DNA from: a virus
Reading direction: 5' to 3' (one strand)
Virus record (IMG/VR): IMGVR_UViG_3300028399_000005
Location: 1-64,000 of that record
Length of the DNA stretch: 64,000 nucleotides
How positions within the stretch are numbered: the first letter of the stretch is position 1; each line of letters starts with the position of its first letter. The translations under genes were made by a program, and so were the position numbers. Below the pieces are notes generated by a model that did not search any database, was not told the origin of the DNA, and saw nothing but the letters and a program-made list of their open reading frames with translations. Below are positions 57,856-64,000 of this stretch, in pieces.

Positions 57856-58899
57856 ATGACAAGCGAAGGAGACTTTTTTGCCATGGTAGAAAAGAAGAGC
57901 GAATCTAAAAAGGAGCCCGCCAAGGCACCCGCCGAGGCAAACCAAGCGCAACCCCCCGCTTCGGCGGAACCAAAGCCCGCGGTCGCTCCGCAGACGACAG
58001 CACAAGCAGAGCTCTCGCTCTCGCAAGAGCTCATGGAAGACTTGCGTAACAAAGCAATAGAATTCGGCATTGATTTCACGGAAGTCGTGAAAATCGCCCA
58101 GTCAATCCTTGCAGACCCAGCGCTACAAGCACAAAGCCCCAAGCTCCGAGACCGCCTCGTGGCTGTGAACGTCAAAGTGCGCCTGCAACAAAAGCAAAAA
58201 ACAAAGCAAATACCATTCTTGCTAATCGGGAAGGACAAGAACTACTGGAAATCGAGCGGGAACATCTCTGGGAACGCCTACGGCATTTTTACAATCGAAG
58301 AGAACGGCGAGACCTCGCACTACCTCGGCAGAATCTCGCTCAACGGCGAGGACGTCGAGAAACTCAACAAAGCCATCCTACTCGCACGGTACACCCCCTA
58401 CGTCGAAATCCCCGAGAAGCGGGACAACGGGACGAACTTCCTCGTGGCGTTCTCAAACGAGCTGACCGATTTCGAAAATCCAGAGGTCTTGTCCATCTCT
58501 TATCCAGACTTGCTTGAGCGAGCCCTCGGGATCAGCCTCGCCTACAAGATCGAGGGCGAGGGCGGGTGCGGTCTCTCCGCCCTAAACGACAAGGGCTACC
58601 CGCTCCCATACGACCTCAAGGCGCTCTTAGTCATTGCTCAAAGCCCCCGCAAGATCGCTTCCACGCCCGACGACCTAAGCGTGAAAATCTCTACCCATGT
58701 GGCGACCGCCTTCTCGCTCGAGGGCGACGAGCAGATCCAACTATGGATTCCAGACTTCCCAGAGTTCTTGAACTACGCACCCCTCAAGGAGCCATTGCTC
58801 GTGCTCGGCACTATCGCCGAGAGGCGCAAGAAGAACCAGTACAGCGACGAGAACTACGTGATGAACGTCATCGCCGTCGTCCCACTGAGCGACTATTAG
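57856..58899 (+). CDS. putative single-stranded DNA-binding protein (OB-fold-like)
   Basis: Beta-rich C-terminal region, disordered N-terminus, upstream of a Sak4-like ATPase; function inferred. Confidence 0.5.
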   Translation: MTSEGDFFAMVEKKSESKKEPAKAPAEANQAQPPASAEPKPAVAPQTTAQAELSLSQELMEDLRNKAIEFGIDFTEVVKIAQSILADPALQAQSPKLRDRLVAVNVKVRLQQKQKTKQIPFLLIGKDKNYWKSSGNISGNAYGIFTIEENGETSHYLGRISLNGEDVEKLNKAILLARYTPYVEIPEKRDNGTNFLVAFSNELTDFENPEVLSISYPDLLERALGISLAYKIEGEGGCGLSALNDKGYPLPYDLKALLVIAQSPRKIASTPDDLSVKISTHVATAFSLEGDEQIQLWIPDFPEFLNYAPLKEPLLVLGTIAERRKKNQYSDENYVMNVIAVVPLSDY

Positions 58900-58915
58900 T
58901 GTCGCCCGCGGAGGT

Positions 58916-59905
58916 GTGAGTGTGTCGAAAAAGCCCCAAGAAAGCGAGGGAGACTTCTTCTCGGCGATCGCCCCAGTGAAAAAGCCTGGGAGCACTTCGT
59001 CGGCGAGCGAAGCCCCCTCGCAACCCCCAGCCCAGACGGCGGTCGTTGCCACGCCCGCGAGCAAGGAACTACGAAAGCAAGCGATCCGAGACGAAGTAAG
59101 GACGGCGAAGCAACGAATCCGTGCCGAGCACGCACCGCCAGAAGGCCCGTCGCTGTTCCCCGTCCCCAAGCGGGCGACGATCACGATCTACGGCGCCAAG
59201 GGAAGCTCGAAGACCATGCTCTCGACCTACATCGCCCTTGCGTCGAGCAAGGGAAAGATCCTCATCATCACGTTCGAGACAACCGCCACGCGCAACACGA
59301 TCGACCAGTTCTTCGACAAGTTCAAGGACAGAATCGACGTCTTAAGCCTTGACAGGCTCTTCGACTTCAATGACTCCGACGAAATGCTCAAGACCATGAG
59401 CGTCGCCGTGGACACGATCCTTGACGAGCTCCGAACCGCCGAGCAGAACCCCTACTCGTGGGTCATCCTCGAGGGCTTGCAAGAACTCAACCAAGTCGCC
59501 GAGGGCAAGATGCGCTACATGAACCAGCTCACCGCCTATCAAGGCGTCAAGAATCGCAACCTCTGGAAGGAGCGAAAGCTCTACCTCACGCAGATCTACA
59601 AGGCAATGCACCGAGCTTCGAAGAACGGCGTTATTTTCACGAGCCAAGAAGTAACGATCGAGGACGAGGACGGCAATCGGAAAGAGCCCGCATGGTACGG
59701 GATCATCAAGGAGCAGACGGACATCACAATCGAGACGAGGAAGAAAGTGGACTTTGGCTTGCAAGACTCGCAAGTGCGGTTTTTCGCAATCATACGGGAC
59801 GACAAGATCACGGGCAAAACGGGGCAATGCGAGGTAACGAACAAACCACAGGCGATCGTGGAATGGTTCCGTTCGGCGCAGAAGCCGTTCGAAATCGTGC
59901 TCTGA
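58916..59905 (+). CDS. RecA-fold / AAA_24 (Sak4-like) ATPase
   Basis: IYGAKGSSKT Walker A, WVILEG, VIFTSQE. Confidence 0.7.
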   Translation: MSVSKKPQESEGDFFSAIAPVKKPGSTSSASEAPSQPPAQTAVVATPASKELRKQAIRDEVRTAKQRIRAEHAPPEGPSLFPVPKRATITIYGAKGSSKTMLSTYIALASSKGKILIITFETTATRNTIDQFFDKFKDRIDVLSLDRLFDFNDSDEMLKTMSVAVDTILDELRTAEQNPYSWVILEGLQELNQVAEGKMRYMNQLTAYQGVKNRNLWKERKLYLTQIYKAMHRASKNGVIFTSQEVTIEDEDGNRKEPAWYGIIKEQTDITIETRKKVDFGLQDSQVRFFAIIRDDKITGKTGQCEVTNKPQAIVEWFRSAQKPFEIVL

Positions 59906-59906
59906 G

Positions 59907-60161
59907 GTGTGCGCCATGGTCTGGTACTACGTGAACTGCCGAAAATGCGGGGTCAAATGGGTCGGCACTGAAAGGCAGAAGGACGACGAAGTCGCCCGCC
60001 ACGAAAAACTGGCGAAGTACGGGCTTTGCAAGCCCAAGAACTTGAAGGTCGAAGTCTGGAAGTGCGAGCGGTGCGGAGAACCGTACCGTCCGACTCTCAG
60101 CCCGCTGGTAACGTGCAAAAAGTGCTCTTCTCAAGCAAATAAACATTACTTGAAGAAATGA
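59907..60161 (+). CDS. Zn-finger protein
   Basis: CRKC, CERC, CKKC; GAGGTG RBS. Confidence 0.65.
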   Translation: MCAMVWYYVNCRKCGVKWVGTERQKDDEVARHEKLAKYGLCKPKNLKVEVWKCERCGEPYRPTLSPLVTCKKCSSQANKHYLKK

Positions 60162-60178
60162 AAAGGTGATGAAAGAAA

Positions 60179-60616
60179 ATGCAATATGTCCCACAGTCTT
60201 ATTTCGCAACGCCTGCGGACAGAATGCTCGAGCTTTATGAATACCAGCTCTGGCTCAAGGAACGCCTCACCAAGCACGAGTGCGCTATTTGCAACGGCCC
60301 GATCACGTTCGACACGTTCTACGTAACGCTCGACTCTGCGAAAGCCGTCAGCGTCGAGCTTGCGTTCCGCTTCCTAACCTCGCACGTCGAGCCACAGCGA
60401 TACGACCTTGTTCTTTGCAAGCGTTGCTTCAACGAGACCAGAAAGGCAGTCCTCGACAAGATAGCCGTTCTTCGCCGAGAAAGCGAGAAAACGAAGCACC
60501 TCAATGATTACCTTAGGACGACGAAAAAGAGCCTCGAATCCGCTCAAAAATACCTCGAAATGAAGCTCGAAGAAATCAAGGAAGAGAAAGAGCAAAAAGC
60601 AGAGAACGACGACTAA
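60179..60616 (+). CDS. Zn-finger plus coiled-coil protein
   Basis: CAIC...CKRC, heptad tail. Confidence 0.7.
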   Translation: MQYVPQSYFATPADRMLELYEYQLWLKERLTKHECAICNGPITFDTFYVTLDSAKAVSVELAFRFLTSHVEPQRYDLVLCKRCFNETRKAVLDKIAVLRRESEKTKHLNDYLRTTKKSLESAQKYLEMKLEEIKEEKEQKAENDD

Positions 60617-60639
60617 AACTAAAGAAACGAGGTGATAAC

Positions 60640-60741
60640 GTGAACGAAGTAGACGAGGACTTGATTCTAAGAATAATACTGTTTTTAAACATAATCTTCT
60701 GGTTCGCGATCGGAGTGATACAAAGCGAGAAGAGACGATGA
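60640..60741 (+). CDS. 33-aa single-TM peptide
   Basis: GAGGTGA RBS, GTG start, LILRIILFLNIIFWFAIGVI. Confidence 0.45.
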   Translation: MNEVDEDLILRIILFLNIIFWFAIGVIQSEKRR

Positions 60742-60765
60742 TGTAGTTGTTGAAGACCCGTCTCA

Positions 60766-61344
60766 TTAGTAAACCGTGTGGACAAGCCAGCGCCTGTATG
60801 GTTTCAAGAACTCCTTGAGGTCGTCGGGCAAGAGCTCTTTCTCCGTGAACGAGACGCTCGCATCGGCGAGCTTCAACGAGTCCGCCCCGCCCGTGTGCTG
60901 GTGCGCCCGAAGCCTTTCGTAGAGGCGCACCACGATTTCTATGATCACGTTTTTAACGGCGTCGGGGACGGTTTCCCCGCCCCACGTGTAGACGATTTCG
61001 ACGTTCTGATTGCCGTCCTTGATTCTGCCATCCTTGAACTTTATCTTGCCCGTTTGCTTGTACACGTAATAGTCCGTGCCTTCCGTGAGCGTTTTCGTCC
61101 CGACCTTGATGTTCGTAACGCTCGAGATCGGGGCGTAGCGGGTGTAGTAGTAAACCCTGGAAGAATCGCCGTCCCATTTCTCGGTCTCCGTCGTGAGCGA
61201 GTTCCACTTGCGCCGACAAAACGTGTCCACGGCGCCCTCGACCCGCACGATCATGTCGTTTACGGCAGTCTGGTCGTTCGAATCGAGCGTTACGCCGAGC
61301 CTTGTCTGGACTTCTATTACTGTAACATATCTTGGGGTCGCCAT
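60766..61344 (-). CDS. head-tail adaptor (gp6/gp15-like)
   Basis: YVTVIEV...VDTFCRR, YTWG...VPDAVK, LPDDLKEFLKPYRR. Confidence 0.85.
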   Translation of the reverse strand: MATPRYVTVIEVQTRLGVTLDSNDQTAVNDMIVRVEGAVDTFCRRKWNSLTTETEKWDGDSSRVYYYTRYAPISSVTNIKVGTKTLTEGTDYYVYKQTGKIKFKDGRIKDGNQNVEIVYTWGGETVPDAVKNVIIEIVVRLYERLRAHQHTGGADSLKLADASVSFTEKELLPDDLKEFLKPYRRWLVHTVY

Positions 61345-61441
61345 GCTATGTAGTATAGCGTCGCGAGAATTTATAGTTTTATGCTTTTAAATGAGCGACT
61401 ACAAAATGGAAGAAAAAGAAAGGAGAGGAAACGAGGAAACC

Positions 61442-61798
61442 TTAGCTTGCGACGAGGTCTCGGAGCGGGATTCTGTAAACACTGAACCCGCCATGTCTCT
61501 TCCACGGGTTGAAGTAATACCCGTGGCTCTCGGGCGACTCACGCCAGGGCGGGAGATAGACCTCGTACATGTTTCGCTTTAGGTTCTCGGGTAGGTGCGG
61601 GAAGGGTTTCCGTGAGGAAATAACCCACATTCCGCGCTTCTTGTCATGGAGCACCTTCCCTCGGATTCCGAGGGAACGATTAAGCTCTCGAAGCTTATTC
61701 AGATATATTTCAACGGAAGGGGGCATGTCCTTCCGAATCCACAGCGGACTCTTTTTAGAGCCCAGATTTAGATAGACGTCATACATTACTGGGTGCAT
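61442..61798 (-). CDS. basic hypothetical protein (class I promoter)
   Basis: Leaderless start after a class I-like promoter. Confidence 0.65.
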   Translation of the reverse strand: MHPVMYDVYLNLGSKKSPLWIRKDMPPSVEIYLNKLRELNRSLGIRGKVLHDKKRGMWVISSRKPFPHLPENLKRNMYEVYLPPWRESPESHGYYFNPWKRHGGFSVYRIPLRDLVAS

Positions 61799-61911
61799 CA
61801 AAATACTATACGCACCACTAATATATAAGAATTGTGCTTCTTCTACGATTGTGCGTTATAACGGTGGGGATGGTTTTTATTGAGTGTATTGCAAACGAAA
61901 AACGAGGAAGT

Positions 61912-62148
61912 GATGTTTTAATGCAGAGAGGCAGAATCTTGTGTCCAAAGCACTTGAAGGTTTTCCAGGCGGAGAAGAACGGTGTAACCGTCCGCTATGG
62001 CTATTATGCGGGGTATTTCCACGCCGACATCATGCGTTGCCCCGTCGAGGACTGCGACATGCGGGTCATCACGGGGCTCGGCGAAGAAATCTTCGACCCA
62101 GACTTCGAGCCCGAGATAAGCCCCACAAAACCTTATCTAAACGATTGA
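61912..62148 (+). CDS. small Zn-binding protein
   Basis: CPKH...CPVEDC; class II box at 61854. Confidence 0.6.
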   Translation, partial: DVLMQRGRILCPKHLKVFQAEKNGVTVRYGYYAGYFHADIMRCPVEDCDMRVITGLGEEIFDPDFEPEISPTKPYLND

Positions 62149-62226
62149 TCCTCGCCCGTTTTTTTTTTGCATGCGTTTATCACAACCTTTATATATTTCT
62201 CCTTCCTATATTATATTAGAGGAAGT

Positions 62227-62826
62227 ATGAGAGCGGGAAGATTTATATCGAGCCAAGAAGTTATCGCCCTAACGCGGGGCGCAATCAGCCCCATCAACGA
62301 TAGAGATGGGGTTTACTTCTTCATCGAACCTCAATCGGTCGTTGAGCTTAGCTTGCACACGAGGCATTTCCTCGTGGTCGCCGAGCTCGACGAATATCGA
62401 CAAACAATAGCCTCTTACGTCAGAGACGTTTTCAGAGGCGAGGACATCTGGGAGCAAACAGATGAGGTCGTTGCCCCCCAATACGACCTTTCCGCCGTCA
62501 GAGCCATTTACTTGAGCGCAAATGTCATCGTTGCGCTCGTCGAAGAATATGGCTACATGACGAACAGCATCATCGAATTCGCCCAGCAACACTACGAGAG
62601 AGCCTTACAACAGCTCTCTCAAATCGAAGAGCCAACGTCTGTTGAGATCAGCCTCGAGCTCTTCTATGCGCTCGAAGAGCTGATCGAGAATGGCATCGAA
62701 GTCCAGTTCGTTGATAACTGGGCCGTTTCAGAAGCCTTCGCAGTCAGTATGAACAGGCTTCTGAACTTTGACGGACTCGACGAGAACGAGGCGCTGATCG
62801 ACAGATTCATGAGCTTGATAGAATAA
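62227..62826 (+). CDS. acidic hypothetical protein (class I promoter)
   Basis: Class I promoter at ~62180-62220. Confidence 0.75.
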   Translation: MRAGRFISSQEVIALTRGAISPINDRDGVYFFIEPQSVVELSLHTRHFLVVAELDEYRQTIASYVRDVFRGEDIWEQTDEVVAPQYDLSAVRAIYLSANVIVALVEEYGYMTNSIIEFAQQHYERALQQLSQIEEPTSVEISLELFYALEELIENGIEVQFVDNWAVSEAFAVSMNRLLNFDGLDENEALIDRFMSLIE

Positions 62827-62864
62827 AAGCCCCTCGCCCTATCCTTCTTTTTTCCAACCTTCGA

Positions 62865-63899
62865 TCAAAGATGTTCTTGCTTCTTGATTCGATCAGCGAT
62901 GGGTATTAGTGCGCCGAACGCCATGGCGAAGTAGGTTTGCCACGTAAATCCTAAAAAACCATTCTTTTCTTCGCTCCCAGCGCCAAACACGACGGCTTCT
63001 TGGACGGAGTAGCTCTTGAGCTCGCGCTCGATCACGTCGGTCGCCTGTGCGAGCTTCTGCCCAGCAAAGGCGCCGAGTTCGACCGAGCGAAGCGACGCCC
63101 CGCGATCGTTCAACCCCAGCGAAGGAACGAAGTAGCGCACGATCTTCTCGGAAATAGGAAGACCAATGCCCAAGGCGTAGGTTCGCTGTATCTCCATGAT
63201 CTTGGTGTTTAGCTCGACGGGACGGCCATACCCGCGGATGACGACCGTCAGCGCCTTCATGCTCACGGTCGCCGTGAGGTTCACCGCCTGCACGCTCGTC
63301 CCGTTGTATGTCGTGGTGAACTCCGCCGAGGGGACGTAGTTAATGCGGAAGTTCGCAATCACGGTAACATTGGTATTCGTAGGATCGACGGACTGGTCAA
63401 TGATGAAGTCCATTGCGACCTCGACGGGCTCTTGGTTCACGACAGCGACGGACGGGGACTGCCCCATGGTGTAGAGGTTGTACGCATACGTGCCAGTGTC
63501 ATTCGCTACCGTGGCGAAGCTCGCGTCGAGCGTTGCGAGCCCGCTCTGGTAGAGCAAGAAAGCTCCCCGTTGCGACAAAAGCACATGCTCGAGCGTGAAA
63601 TTGGTTATGGCGACACGCAACGTGTAGCCGTCGTCAGTTACTGCTTCGGCGCCGAGGAAGAACAAAGAATCGTTCGTGCTCACTTCGACTTGAAAGGCGT
63701 TGAGCTGGTTCGGATTGGCATAGTCTGGGCGCCCATCGTACGAGGCGAGCACGGAGTAGCTCGTGCCGTCCGTGAACACCCAGTTGTCGTTCACGTTGAT
63801 CTTGACGATCTGGGCGCCTGCTCCCGCAAGGAGCGAGGTGCCCATGATCACCAATAAGAAGGCGAGTAGCCACAATTTGTTGAACTTTGAAATTGTCAT
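62865..63899 (-). CDS. secreted, C-terminally anchored surface glycoprotein
   Basis: Signal peptide, multiple N-x-S/T sequons, C-terminal GFLGF plus TM and basic tail. Confidence 0.75.
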   Translation of the reverse strand: MTISKFNKLWLLAFLLVIMGTSLLAGAGAQIVKINVNDNWVFTDGTSYSVLASYDGRPDYANPNQLNAFQVEVSTNDSLFFLGAEAVTDDGYTLRVAITNFTLEHVLLSQRGAFLLYQSGLATLDASFATVANDTGTYAYNLYTMGQSPSVAVVNQEPVEVAMDFIIDQSVDPTNTNVTVIANFRINYVPSAEFTTTYNGTSVQAVNLTATVSMKALTVVIRGYGRPVELNTKIMEIQRTYALGIGLPISEKIVRYFVPSLGLNDRGASLRSVELGAFAGQKLAQATDVIERELKSYSVQEAVVFGAGSEEKNGFLGFTWQTYFAMAFGALIPIADRIKKQEHL

Positions 63900-64000
63900 C
63901 GTTTATCTATTATGCTAATGAGAATATATTAAGTTATTTCTAATTCACATATTGGAAATGTGCCCAAAATCGTTAATCAAAGTAATCGTTCTTGAGCTTT

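Noticed and set aside
1-64000. Integrase, transposase, intein or reverse transcriptase
   Set aside because: No recognisable motifs in the ORF track; PolB, TerL and RFC have intein-free lengths

Overview
This window looks like part of the genome of a large archaeal head-tail virus (Caudoviricetes-like); the host cannot be named from sequence alone. Evidence is archaeal TATA-type and often leaderless promoters, an HK97-type morphogenesis set scattered over the window (TerL, portal fused to a gpF/gp7-like domain, prohead protease, MCP, gp10-like, head-tail adaptor) and an archaeal-type replisome (PolB, primase, RFC small and large, probable PCNA, helicase-like AAA+, SSB-like plus Sak4-like ATPase, XPF, Cas4-like nuclease). 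It also carries ThyX, three DNA methyltransferase genes (one broken), a frameshifted TGT-family gene, an Rnl1-type RNA ligase, an AcrIII-1-family ring nuclease and an array-less type IV-B CRISPR effector operon with cysH. The most unusual signals are non-coding. (1) Two CCA-ending tRNA-like RNAs have the anticodon arm replaced by large folded domains, one with Ala identity and one with a kissing-loop domain. (2) Three gene cassettes beside the type IV-B operon share a covarying structured 5' leader but carry unrelated ORFs. (3) Two further candidate ncRNAs are present. (4) Two window-wide promoter classes exist, one shared by AcrIII-1 and about 18 other mostly orphan genes. (5) A pair of ~830-bp AT-rich, iteron-rich inverted repeats lies ~48 kb apart. 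All calls come from reading motifs by eye; no searches or folding programs were run.
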